Source: an uncultured cyanobacterium
GTDB taxonomy: Bacteria; Cyanobacteriota; Cyanobacteriia; Cyanobacteriales; CAWUOF01
DNA length: 64,000 nucleotides
Assembly (NCBI GenBank): GCA_963744145.1
Contig: CAVUSO010000001.1
Coordinates: 6,272,001-6,336,000 of the forward strand
Reading direction: 5' to 3'
This document shows positions 31,148-40,613 of the stretch, piece by piece. The position numbers and the translations under genes were made by a program. Position 1 is the stretch's first letter, and every line of letters starts with the position of its first letter. The notes below the pieces were generated by a model. The model did no database searches. It saw only the letters and a list, made by a program, of their open reading frames with translations, and was not told the DNA's origin.

Positions 31148-31286
31148 TAAATTTTCATTGGCAACGTAATGACCAAGTCATCCGGTTTAGTTAGTAGAGC
31201 CAATTTATCCATAACTAGCTAAAAGATTAGGTTCTAGCCAACTACATAACTCCCAAAAAATCTTCATTAAACGGAAATTTAGCGCC

Positions 31287-32243
31287 ATGAAGACCGCTCA
31301 AGCTTCCACCGACCTAGTCCGCACTTATCTCCGAGAAATTGGTCGTGTACCCCTACTAACCCACGAACAAGAAATACGCTATGGAAAACAAGTCCAGCGT
31401 TCAGTAGCTTTGCATACGTTACAAAGTAATTTAACCAATCATTTAGGTTATCAACCAACGATCGCTGAGTGGGCTGAAAATGCCGAGCTGAGTGTCCCTC
31501 AGCTAGAACAAGCGATCGCAGAAGGAGAAATGGCTAAACGGAGAATGGTTGAAGCCAATTTGCGATTAGTGGTATCTGTAGCCAAAAAATACATTAAACG
31601 GAATGTAGACTTGTTGGATCTGATCCAAGAAGGGACAATTGGAATGCAGCGTGGTGTGGAAAAATTTGATCCGACCAAAGGATATCGATTCTCCACCTAC
31701 GCTTATTGGTGGATTCGTCAAGCCATCACCCGGGCGATCGCGGAAAAAGGTCGGACGATCCGTCTACCGATCCATATTACGGAAAAACTCAATAAAATTA
31801 AAAAAGCACAACGCTATTTAGCCCAACAACTCGGAAGAGCTGCGACCATCGGTGAATTAGCCCAAGAACTAGAATTGACCCCTAAACAAGTCCGGGAGTA
31901 TTTGGAGCGATCGCGCCAACCCTTGTCTTTAGATTTACGAGTAGGTGATAATCAAGATACAGAATTAGTGGAACTATTAGAAGATCCTGGTCTATCGCCA
32001 GAAGAATATGTCATTAATGCCTCACTGCGTGCAGATCTAGAACAATTAATGGCAGAATTAACACCACAGCAACGGGAAGTCTTAGCCCTACGCTTTGGTT
32101 TAGAAGATGGGAAAGGGATGACTCTGTCCAAAATCGGCGATTTACTGAATATTAGCCGCGAACGAGTGAGACAGATTGAGCGAGAGGCTCTCAGTAAACT
32201 GCGGAAACGCAAATCTGAAATGGGAGAATATATAGCTAGTTAA
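31287..32243 (+). CDS. sigD: Group 2 RNA polymerase sigma factor (SigD/RpoD3-like)
   Basis: [50 protein letters not shown]. No region 1.1; HLR1 box upstream. Confidence 0.85.
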   Translation: MKTAQASTDLVRTYLREIGRVPLLTHEQEIRYGKQVQRSVALHTLQSNLTNHLGYQPTIAEWAENAELSVPQLEQAIAEGEMAKRRMVEANLRLVVSVAKKYIKRNVDLLDLIQEGTIGMQRGVEKFDPTKGYRFSTYAYWWIRQAITRAIAEKGRTIRLPIHITEKLNKIKKAQRYLAQQLGRAATIGELAQELELTPKQVREYLERSRQPLSLDLRVGDNQDTELVELLEDPGLSPEEYVINASLRADLEQLMAELTPQQREVLALRFGLEDGKGMTLSKIGDLLNISRERVRQIEREALSKLRKRKSEMGEYIAS

Positions 32244-32417
32244 GGAGGAGTGAGCCAATCCGTCACACAAAGTTCGGTTTCGCCTACTATTATGTACAAA
32301 TCATTTTGCTACATTAGTTAATCATAAGCAAAAACATCTTTTTCCTATTGTTCCACGTTTTTAATGTTAACTGATCCCACATTTTAGCTGGGTTTAATTG
32401 CTACCAGGAGGTATAAG

Positions 32418-32759
32418 GTGAATAATAAGTCTAATCGGATTCCAGAATTATTTGGAGGGGAAGGTGAAACTAACAATTTATTATGGCAATATGTGCAATC
32501 AATGGCCCCTGATACAGTTTCCCAGCTTTCCAAACCCACATCGACCGAAGTATTTCAAGTAATGGAACGGAATATTGTGGGACTTTTGGGAAATCTCCCT
32601 TCGGAACATTTTGGAGTAACTGTGACCACCAGTCGGGAAAATCTCGGTCGGCTGTTAGCTTCAGCGATGATTAGTGGTTACTTTCTGCGTAATGCTGAAC
32701 AGAGAATGGCTTTTGAAAAATCTTTACAAGTTTCGGAAATTCGGGCTGAAGATGATTAA
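32418..32759 (+). CDS. DUF760 domain protein
   Basis: NLLWQYVQS..SRENLGRLLASAMISGYFLRNAEQRM. Confidence 0.85.
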   Translation: MNNKSNRIPELFGGEGETNNLLWQYVQSMAPDTVSQLSKPTSTEVFQVMERNIVGLLGNLPSEHFGVTVTTSRENLGRLLASAMISGYFLRNAEQRMAFEKSLQVSEIRAEDD

Positions 32760-32859
32760 AGAAAATTAAATTAATCCTCTTTTTTGAAGGTTCGGCAGAT
32801 AATGGTATGTATCTGCCGAATTATTTATTTGGTTGATTATTGTTGCCAATCTATTACCC

Positions 32860-33279
32860 ATGTCTGAAACACCTACTCCATTAGCCCATAAACATATTGG
32901 TGTTGCTGTGATCTGGAACAACCAAGGTAAAATTTTAATTGATCGTCGTCGGCTCGGAGGATTACTAGGTGGGTTATGGGAATTTCCTGGAGGTAAAATT
33001 GAAATTGGTGAAACGATGAAAGCTTGTATTGTCCGGGAAATACGGGAAGAATTAGCCATCGAAGTTGAAGTTGGTGATCATTTGATCACGATTGACCACT
33101 CCTACAGTCATTTCCGAGTTACTCTCAATGTTTATCATTGTCATCATTTATCAGGAGAACCTCAACCTTTAGAATGTGATGAAATTCGTTGGGTAACAGT
33201 TGATGAAATTGACCAGTTTCCTTTTCCCGAAGCAAATATTCAGATTATTGAAGCTTTACGTCGGAATTCTCCTAGATAA
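32860..33279 (+). CDS. mutT: 8-oxo-dGTP diphosphatase MutT (Nudix)
   Basis: WEFPGGKIEIGET...REIREELA Nudix box, FPEAN. Confidence 0.9.
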   Translation: MSETPTPLAHKHIGVAVIWNNQGKILIDRRRLGGLLGGLWEFPGGKIEIGETMKACIVREIREELAIEVEVGDHLITIDHSYSHFRVTLNVYHCHHLSGEPQPLECDEIRWVTVDEIDQFPFPEANIQIIEALRRNSPR

Positions 33280-33338
33280 TATTTACAGCCTATTCCAGGT
33301 TTATGAAGTATAGGAGTCTTGTTGGTAAGGTCAGATGG

Positions 33339-33546
33339 TATCCCTCTTTTATCACTTAGCGTCAGAGTATAATTGAGGAAAATCGCTCTTAAGCTGGTGC
33401 TGTCTATGGTAGAACGAAAGCAGAGTACCCCAACCGTAAACGAAAAAAATGGCTGGAAAAATCTCCTGAATAATTTACGTTTAATAATTCAGCATTTCGT
33501 CTATTTTAACCTGATTATCCCTATGATTGTCACTCTAGATAGTTGA
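33339..33546 (+). pseudogene. Internally deleted IS701-like remnant
   Basis: End-like TATCCCTCTTTTATCACTT at 33339. The mini-ORF at 33406-33546 joins an IS701-like N-terminus (MVERKQSTPTV) to a C-terminal motif (GWKNLLNNLRLIIQ.FVYFNLI). Confidence 0.5.
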
Positions 33547-33799
33547 ACAAAGGAACAATGGTCTGAGTTTCTGAGTCAAATCCCGCTACAAAATTATAAC
33601 GACGCATTGCAGCGACGACAAGACAATGCCAAGTTATCAGGATTATCTGAACCGCCCAAAGAACGGGGAATAATGTGGTCAAGTAAAGCGCGTACTAGCA
33701 ATGCGCTCTGGTGAATGACAAATTTTAACTGCGCTGCAGAGCTTTCCTATGCAAGGGGTCGGGATAAGCGCTGCGGCTGTCTTCCGCCGTCAATATTAA

Positions 33800-34192
33800 T
33801 TAATTGTGTTGATTCTCAATATATTTTCTAACAGTTTCTTCAGAAGCATTGCCAACCGTCCCGCAAAAATAACTTCTAGTCCAAAGAGATGGAATCTTTT
33901 TGAGATCTGGGTATTCACTACGCAGTTGAAACGAGGTAAACCCTTTCAGTCTAAACATAATTTGGTCTGGGGCTAAATTAGGTGGAGCATCAACCAATAA
34001 ATGTACATGATCTGGCATTATTTCCATCGCTACGATAGAACAGTCTAACTCGATACATTTATCAGTTAAAAGTTGCTTTAGGCGTTCCGCTATACCTCCC
34101 ACTAATACTTTTTTGCGTCTAGCTGGTATCCAAACAAAGTGATACCTAATAAGTGTTACTGATGTACGTTTGGGTCTAAATTTATCTTGCAT
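33800..34192 (-). CDS. tnpA: IS200/IS605 Y1 HUH transposase TnpA
   Basis: YHFVWIP.RRKKVL, MPDHVHL (HUH), LWTRSYF, catalytic KYIENQ. Start placed at ATG 34192. Confidence 0.93.
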   Translation of the reverse strand: MQDKFRPKRTSVTLIRYHFVWIPARRKKVLVGGIAERLKQLLTDKCIELDCSIVAMEIMPDHVHLLVDAPPNLAPDQIMFRLKGFTSFQLRSEYPDLKKIPSLWTRSYFCGTVGNASEETVRKYIENQHN

Positions 34193-34454
34193 ATACCTCT
34201 CAATTTGGCTGTAGATAGTCTTGACATAAATACAATAGCACACTAAAATAGCAGTGGGAGGTAAGAAAATGATTTCCAGCTACAAGTACAAGCTTAGGCC
34301 AAGTAAACAATAGGAAAAACAACTAGCTCAATGGTTGCCAATGTTACGCGCTCTTTATAACTGGTGTTTGCGCGACAGGATTGATGGTTGGCATCAGCAG
34401 TTTATTATGGGTGAATGTTGCGACCTAAGAACAAGAGCCATGGCCTGCCCTTTA

Positions 34455-34482
34455 GTACGGGCGTATAGCAATACGCCCCTGC
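34455..34482. repeat. 28-nt REP-like palindrome variant inside tnpB
   Basis: GTACGGGCGTATAGCAATACGCCCCTGC; shifts the tnpB frame. Confidence 0.85.
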
Positions 34483-35445
34483 TGTAGTCAGAGGAACTAA
34501 CTTAGCTAATCCTTGGAAAGATGGCGGAGGCAAAGCTAAAAAAGAAGGGGAAAAAGATAAATCACCCAAAAGAAGTGCCAGTTTAATGCAGGATGCTAAC
34601 TTGCAAGATTTAAAGACTGCAAGACCTTGGTATCAAAGCGTTGATGGTGGAGTATTAGGGGAAATTATAGCCAGGGTCAACGAGGCTTTTAACAAGTTCT
34701 TCAAAGGTGCGGGTTTCCCCAAATTTAAACGTCGCCATGATTTAAAATCTTTCTCCTATAAACCAGGAAGAGTGAAAATTAAAGGTAATAAAATTTATTT
34801 ACCTAAGATTGGCTGGATGCGTTTTCATAATTCACGTCCTATTCCCGATGGCTATGCGATTAAGACAGTAACTGTCAGACAAAAAGCTGACGGATGGTAT
34901 GTTTCTGTCTTGATTGAAGACAAAGAAATCCCGACCCCAACCACTATTCTAGATAGTGAAATCAAGACTATTGTTGGCTGTGATATGGGACTAGGAAAGT
35001 TGGTCTATTTATCAGATGGTAGTGCTATTAATAACCCGCGCTTTGCCACCAACAAGAAAACTAAACATTTAATGCGGATTAGACAACGGCGTGTTAATCG
35101 TAAGCAAAAAGGAAGTAAGAATCGTAACAGAGCTTTATTAAGAGTCAATAATTTGCACAACAAAATTCAGCAGCGACGTGAAGCTTATCAGTGGAATATT
35201 GCTAAGAAAATCATTGATAGAGCAGATGCTGTTGCAGTTGAGGACTTGCAAGTAAAAAATATGATGAAACGGTGTAAACCCGTTAAGTCTGAAACTGGGA
35301 GATTTTTACCTAATAATCAATCAGCTAAACGTGGTTTAAATCGTTCTATTGCAGACGCTGGCTGGTATGCGCTAACTCAAAAACTTGAGGATCTGGCTGT
35401 AAAGTCAGAAAAGAAACTTATGAGAGTTAACCCAAAGCATACCAG

Positions 35446-35473
35446 GTAGGGGCGTATTGCAATACGCCCCTAC
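35446..35473. repeat. 28-nt REP-like palindrome inside the tnpB zinc-finger region
   Basis: GTAGGGGCGTATTGCAATACGCCCCTAC; introduces a TAG. Confidence 0.92.
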
Positions 35474-35684
35474 AGCAAATGTGGTCACGTAGATGCAGCT
35501 AGTAGAAATGGTGAGAAATTCTTATGTACTAATTGCGGTCATATTGATGATGCTAATTTGCAAGCTGCACGGAATGTGAAAGAGAAAGCAATTAAAACCT
35601 ACGGGCTAAATATTGTTAAAAGAATTAAATCAAAAACGGTACGGCGGGACTCGTCGAAACCGATACAATTAAATCTCTTTGAGA

Positions 35685-35732
35685 CTTGCCCTGAGCCTTG
35701 CCCTGAGCGTAGTCGAAGGGGTAGTCGAAGGG
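35685..35732. repeat. 24-nt small dispersed repeat nested inside a copy of itself
   Basis: CTTGCCCTGAGC[CTTGCCCTGAGCGTAGTCGAAGGG]GTAGTCGAAGGG. Confidence 0.85.
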
Positions 35733-35942
35733 TGGAGTTGTATGAACGCTTGTCAGATAATACGCTGCCTATCAAAGGCAAACCGCGTGTGGGCAAGAAC
35801 AAGCGAGAATAAGCAATTATCTCTCTGGGATATTAAGGAAGCAATTTCTTAAGAATTCCATCCCCTTTAGGGGTGGGAGTGTCAAAATATTCACACAAAT
35901 ATTTCCCTCGTTCCCTAATTAATTGGCTTGTAGATTCATCAA

Positions 35943-36179
35943 TCATCTTTGCGCTACCATCATAGCATTAATATGGGTAAAGATCCGCTCTAATTCTCCA
36001 ATAGCTTCTAATTCAGATGTTTCTTCCATTGTTAATTGGTCAGTTTTCTTTTTTTCAAGTAGTTGTTCCATTCGTTCTTGAAGGTCGTTATTAAATTTGA
36101 ATAGCGTATGCTGTTCAACCTGTTCGAGTTTAATCTTACTAACCAGGGATGAAGGCTTAGAAATAAAGGATGTCACCAT
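35943..36179 (-). CDS. Small hypothetical protein (antitoxin-like, 78 aa)
   Basis: LQERMEQLLEKKK...LT.EE..ELE.I.EL helical motif typical of small cyanobacterial accessory genes. Confidence 0.65.
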   Translation of the reverse strand: MVTSFISKPSSLVSKIKLEQVEQHTLFKFNNDLQERMEQLLEKKKTDQLTMEETSELEAIGELERIFTHINAMMVAQR

Positions 36180-36210
36180 TTTTTTTAGTCCATTATAGAT
36201 TAATACGAGC

Positions 36211-36394
36211 TATGGGCAGGTTGATCATGGTGATCTGTTGGTGACAGAATTTATTGGTTAACCTGCCTCTACCAATTTTATCCTCTATTTGCAGGTTTTT
36301 GTAGGGGCGGATTCACCGATTAATTGGTCTACGCTACAGGATTACATAAGTTACACTACGTGAAGTAGGGGCGCAAAAGCTCTTGCGCCCCTAC
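36211..36394. repeat. Cluster of GTAG-type REP-like hairpins
   Basis: GGCAGGTT..AACCTGCCTCTAC (36211-36272), GTAGGGGCGG half copy (36301), GTAGGGGCGCAAAAGCTCTTGCGCCCCTAC (36365-36394). Confidence 0.7.
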
Positions 36395-36403
36395 AGGTTT
36401 TTG

Positions 36404-36988
36404 TTAGCGATTAATCCATAGAATCTCGTCAACAGCGATCGCCACATCCCTAAAAGCTAACGGTGAGATAGTATCACCGCGTCTGAATTGTTGAATACTC
36501 TCATAACCATTAGCGCTGGGAGTGCGATAAACTTCGACCAGTTCGGCTGGTATATTTACGATCCAAAGTTCAATAATTCCAGCTCTGGCATAGAGGACTG
36601 ACTTAACATTACGGTCATCGTCAATGCTGGTATCCGCTACTTCAATCAATAAATATACGTCTTGAGGCTGTGGGTGCGATTCGGTGTAAAAATCAGCGCG
36701 ACGTTTCAGAATTAATAGATCGGGTTGCGGTTCAAATTGTCCATTTAATCTAACTGGAGTTTGTGATGTGACTGTAGCCCGTTTACCCAAAGCGTCAAAG
36801 AAAATTTCCAACAACCGCGCAATACAACCCCCATGACGACTACCCATCGGTGCCATATAAACGATATCCCCATCAATTAGTTCTGTCCGTTCATCCGCTC
36901 CAATGATCCCAACCTCTCCCAGTTGGTAATATTCCTCTACCGTAAATTTTTTTCGCTCTGTTGCTACTAAAGACATCATCCTTACCAT
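36404..36988 (-). CDS. Uma2 family endonuclease
   Basis: FTVEEYY, EPQPDL, LLIEVADTS, YARAGIIELWIV. Confidence 0.9.
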   Translation of the reverse strand: MVRMMSLVATERKKFTVEEYYQLGEVGIIGADERTELIDGDIVYMAPMGSRHGGCIARLLEIFFDALGKRATVTSQTPVRLNGQFEPQPDLLILKRRADFYTESHPQPQDVYLLIEVADTSIDDDRNVKSVLYARAGIIELWIVNIPAELVEVYRTPSANGYESIQQFRRGDTISPLAFRDVAIAVDEILWINR

Positions 36989-37187
36989 CCGATTGTCAAC
37001 GTGGGTTCTACCTAACCATAAATTCTACTTGCGAAGATTGAGCTAATGCTGATCGTCCCGTAGGCGATCAAAAACGGCTCCACCATTGTTCGAGCGCGGG
37101 TCAAATTGGGTTTGAGGTAGTACAGAATTGATAGAATAGGAAGAGTTAATCATCAATTTAGCCCCCCAATAGAGCAGGAGTAATAGT

Positions 37188-37994
37188 ATGATCCAACAAC
37201 TCCAACCAGAAATCATCTATCCTGAGAGCGACGGTCAACCGATGGCTGATAATACTGAACAATTTAACTGGATTGTGATTATTAAAGAGAATTTAGAAAG
37301 ATTATTTGCTGGGATAGTTAATGTCTTTATCGCGGGGAATCTGCTCTGGTATCCAGTTCAGGGAAGTTTACAATCGATGGCACCCGATGTCATGGTAATC
37401 TTTGGGAGACCAAAAGGTAAACGCGGCTCTTATCAACAATGGCTCGAAGAAAATATTCATCCTCAAGTCGTCTTTGAAATTTTGTCTCCCAGCAATAAAG
37501 CTACCGAAATGTCTAATAAATTCCTATTGTATCAACAATATGGGGTGGAAGAATATTATATTTATTATCCCCAACGAGTCGAATTGAGTGGCTTTTTGCG
37601 TCGAGGAGATGTCTTAGAAGCGATCGACCAGATCCAAGGGTGGGTTAGTCCCAGATTAGGAATCAGATTTGAACTCACACCAGACACTTTAGAGATTTAT
37701 CGTCCCGATGGAGAAAAATTTCTCACCTCGATCGAACTCGATCAACTTACTCAACAAGAGCGTCAACGCGCTGAACAAGAGCGTCAACGCGCTGAACAAG
37801 AACGTCAACGCGCTGAACAAGAACGTCAACGTGCTGAACAAGAACGTCAACGTGCTGAACAAACTATGACCCAGCTTGAGCAAGAACGTCAACGTGCTGA
37901 TCAAACTATGACTCAGCTTGAGCAAGAAAGACAGAATTATCAAGATTTACTGGCACTATTGCAAGCCAAGGGTATTGATTTAGAAAAATTATAG
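37188..37994 (+). CDS. Uma2 family endonuclease with an (EQERQRA)n tail
   Basis: YPESDGQPMADNTEQF, APDVMV, VVFEILSP, GVEEYY. 21-bp tandem repeats at about 37753-37927. Confidence 0.9.
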   Translation: MIQQLQPEIIYPESDGQPMADNTEQFNWIVIIKENLERLFAGIVNVFIAGNLLWYPVQGSLQSMAPDVMVIFGRPKGKRGSYQQWLEENIHPQVVFEILSPSNKATEMSNKFLLYQQYGVEEYYIYYPQRVELSGFLRRGDVLEAIDQIQGWVSPRLGIRFELTPDTLEIYRPDGEKFLTSIELDQLTQQERQRAEQERQRAEQERQRAEQERQRAEQERQRAEQTMTQLEQERQRADQTMTQLEQERQNYQDLLALLQAKGIDLEKL

Positions 37995-38019
37995 GAACTT
38001 ACTATAGGGTTTGATCATT

Positions 38020-38143
38020 CAATAGTCCGGACAATTTTCAGGTTGTAGGTTGAAATACTTGATCTACCGTTGGTAGATCGAGAGCAATCTGGGTGCGAAA
38101 CCCTGATTCTACCATTGGCAATCAAAAACTGTCCGAAGTATTG
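38020..38143. mobile_element. MITE-like element
   Basis: Termini CAATAGTCCGGACAATTTT / AAAACTGTCCGAAGTATTG; internal palindrome GATCTACCGTTGGTAGATC. Confidence 0.6.
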
Positions 38144-38189
38144 TAAATATAACTTCAAGTCTATTTAATCAGTCCCAAAAATTTACCTT

Positions 38190-39374
38190 ATGTCTCACCG
38201 TCCGATCTACTTAGATAACCAAGCAACAACACCTTTAGATGAAAAAGTTTTGGCAGCCATGCTACCTTACTTTACCGAACACTTCGGTAATCCGGCAAGT
38301 ATGAGCCATCAATATGGTTGGGAAGCACAATCAGCCGTGACCAAAGCTCGGAAAATCTGTGCAGAGTTAATCAATGCTACACCCGCAGAAATAATTTTTA
38401 CCAGTGGCGCGACCGAAGCAAATAATCTAGCCATCAAAGGAGTAGCCGAAGCTTACTTTACCAAAGGACGCCACATTATTACTGTCCAAACTGAACATAA
38501 TGCTGTACTCGATCCCTGTCGCTATTTGCAAACTTTAGGATTTGAAGTCACCTTTTTACCAGTTAAAGCAGATGGATTAATTGATTTAAATGAATTAGAG
38601 CAAGCTTTCCAGACTAATACCATTTTAGTTTCGGTGATGACAGCTAATAATGAAATTGGTGTGATCCAACCCGTCGCTGAAATTGGGGCAATGTGTCGCG
38701 ATCGCGATGTTCTGTTCCATACAGACGCGGCTCAAGCGATCGGCAAAATTCCTCTAGATGTGGAAGCAATGCACATCGATTTAATGTCCTTGACTGCACA
38801 TAAAATCTATGGTCCGAAAGGAATTGGGGCTCTGTATGTCCGTCGTCGTGATCCGCGAGTGCAATTAGCCCCCCAAATGCACGGAGGTGGACATGAACGG
38901 GGTTTACGTTCTGGTACTTTATATACACCTCAAATAGTTGGGTTGGGCAAAGCATTAGAAATCGCTAGCTCAGAAATGACATCAGAATCACAAAGACTGA
39001 TGCAATTACGTCAATATCTATGGGAAAGTTTGTCATCGGTAGGGAATATTATTCTCAATGGTCATCCACACCAACGACTTCCAGGTAATCTCAATGTGAG
39101 TATTGACCAAATTGATGCTCAAGCCTTACTTTTAGGCTTACAGCCAATAGTAGCCATATCTTCAGGTTCAGCTTGTACATCAACTAAATCTACTCCTTCC
39201 CATGTCTTACAAGCCTTGGGACGTCCCGATCTCCTCGCCTATGCTTCCCTGCGCTTTGGCATTGGTCGCTTTAATACCTTAGCAGAAATCGAGATCGTCG
39301 CGCAAACCGCGATCGCCACGATTAATTCCCTCCGTCAATTACAATCACGACAACAAGTCAAAGTTGTCAATTAA
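38190..39374 (+). CDS. iscS: Cysteine desulfurase (IscS/NifS family)
   Basis: YLDNQATTP, HTDAAQ, TAHKIYGPKG, SSGSACTS. Confidence 0.92.
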   Translation: MSHRPIYLDNQATTPLDEKVLAAMLPYFTEHFGNPASMSHQYGWEAQSAVTKARKICAELINATPAEIIFTSGATEANNLAIKGVAEAYFTKGRHIITVQTEHNAVLDPCRYLQTLGFEVTFLPVKADGLIDLNELEQAFQTNTILVSVMTANNEIGVIQPVAEIGAMCRDRDVLFHTDAAQAIGKIPLDVEAMHIDLMSLTAHKIYGPKGIGALYVRRRDPRVQLAPQMHGGGHERGLRSGTLYTPQIVGLGKALEIASSEMTSESQRLMQLRQYLWESLSSVGNIILNGHPHQRLPGNLNVSIDQIDAQALLLGLQPIVAISSGSACTSTKSTPSHVLQALGRPDLLAYASLRFGIGRFNTLAEIEIVAQTAIATINSLRQLQSRQQVKVVN

Positions 39375-39425
39375 CTGTTCCTACGATCGCGATCGCGATC
39401 GTTGGTTTAAACCCAACTTGACTAA

Positions 39426-40613
39426 TTACCACTCAACCTGCGATCGCTCCTGTAATACCCGCTTATACACCAGTTCTGTCTGTTTCGCTAATTTCACCCA
39501 GCTAAAGCGACGTTCTAGGTCTTGATAAGCATTACTGACTAACCATTGAGCATACTCTGGTTTTTTTAATACTTCCAGAATCCCCCAAGCCAAAGATTCA
39601 TAATTATTTACCCAAGTCACAATTCCCGTCTGTCCATGTTTAACTACTTCCGGAAAACCACCAGTATCTGAAACGACCACTGGAACTCGGGCTGCAAAAC
39701 TTTCTAAAGCCACAATTCCAAACGGTTCATACAAACTAGGAAAAACTGCACAATCAGCTACAGCTTGGAATTGGTTAAGATCAGCTTCGTGCATAAAACC
39801 AGTGAAATAACATTTATCCGCAATCCCAATATCCCAAGCAATTCGTTTGATATTGTCTGTATTACCACCACCAATAATCACAAATTTGACATTACCGCCC
39901 ATTTCCCACAACACCTTCGGGGCAGCACTCAACAGTACAGACACCCCCTTCTCATAGCTCATCCGACCGACATAGTAGACAATCTTTTGCTCATCTGTGG
40001 CAAAGTGACGACGGAAATTAATCGAGTCAAATTCTTCCCGACGGGGTTTTTTCTCTGGCCGAATGCCATTGTAAATGACATCCATTTTATCCCATTGGGT
40101 CGCCAAAGCTCGCTCTACTTCTCCCCGCATATAATTAGTGCAAACTATTACTCGCCAAGCATTATAGGCTAAGGCTTTTTCCTTCGTATTAATATATTGA
40201 TGGGTGCCGTCGTGAATCCCGTTGTAACGACCAAATTCTGTTGCATGGATCGTGGCAATCAGTGGCACTTTAAAATGATATTTGAGGGCGATCGCCGCAT
40301 CCCCGACCAGCCAATCATGGGCATGGAGCAAATCAAAAGGGCCTTCTGCTAACATCAACTTGCCCCCATGGCTGCCCATGCTATTATTCATGTTTGCTAC
40401 CCACTGAAAAAAGTCGTGACTCGCACCCACTCGGACGCGGTGAATTTTCACCCCATCTACTAATTCATAGAGAGGTGCTTGACCAAACTCCACCGTAATT
40501 AAGTGGATTTCGTGCCCTAGTTTCACCAGCTCTGGATATAATTCCGCAACATGACGAGCGATGCCCCCTACAATTCGGGGCGGAAATTCCCAGGCGAGTA
40601 CCAGAATCTTCAT
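39426..40613 (-). CDS. Glycosyltransferase family 4
   Basis: WEFPPRIVGG, HAHDW, PSLYEPFGIVALES. Confidence 0.92.
   Translation of the reverse strand: MKILVLAWEFPPRIVGGIARHVAELYPELVKLGHEIHLITVEFGQAPLYELVDGVKIHRVRVGASHDFFQWVANMNNSMGSHGGKLMLAEGPFDLLHAHDWLVGDAAIALKYHFKVPLIATIHATEFGRYNGIHDGTHQYINTKEKALAYNAWRVIVCTNYMRGEVERALATQWDKMDVIYNGIRPEKKPRREEFDSINFRRHFATDEQKIVYYVGRMSYEKGVSVLLSAAPKVLWEMGGNVKFVIIGGGNTDNIKRIAWDIGIADKCYFTGFMHEADLNQFQAVADCAVFPSLYEPFGIVALESFAARVPVVVSDTGGFPEVVKHGQTGIVTWVNNYESLAWGILEVLKKPEYAQWLVSNAYQDLERRFSWVKLAKQTELVYKRVLQERSQVEW

Larger units (their letters stand above)
34269..35812 (+). pseudogene. tnpB: TnpB RNA-guided nuclease pseudogene
   Basis: YKYKLRPS, GFPKFK, GCDMGL, VEDLQV, KCGH..CTNCGH..DANLQAARN. 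Disrupted by TAG at 34311 and by repeat insertions at 34455, 35446 and 35685. Confidence 0.92.
33730..35885. mobile_element. IS200/IS605-family element (divergent tnpA and tnpB); left end approximate
   Basis: Intact tnpA plus tnpB pseudogene. Right-end hairpin CCATCCCCTTTAGGGGTGG followed by GAGTGTCAA ending at 35885. Confidence 0.85.

Noticed and set aside
37040..37125. Possible IS end remnant between the divergent Uma2 genes
   Set aside because: No partner end or transposase frame is visible.
37753..37927. 21-bp tandem repeats in Uma2 tails (also 28538-28633) as a novel array
   Set aside because: They are in-frame coiled-coil expansions, well known in cyanobacterial Uma2 proteins.
39384..39402. 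Overlapping HIP1 run CGATCGCGATCGCGATCG between convergent genes
   Set aside because: HIP1 is ubiquitous in this genome, so a local tandem is not distinctive on its own.
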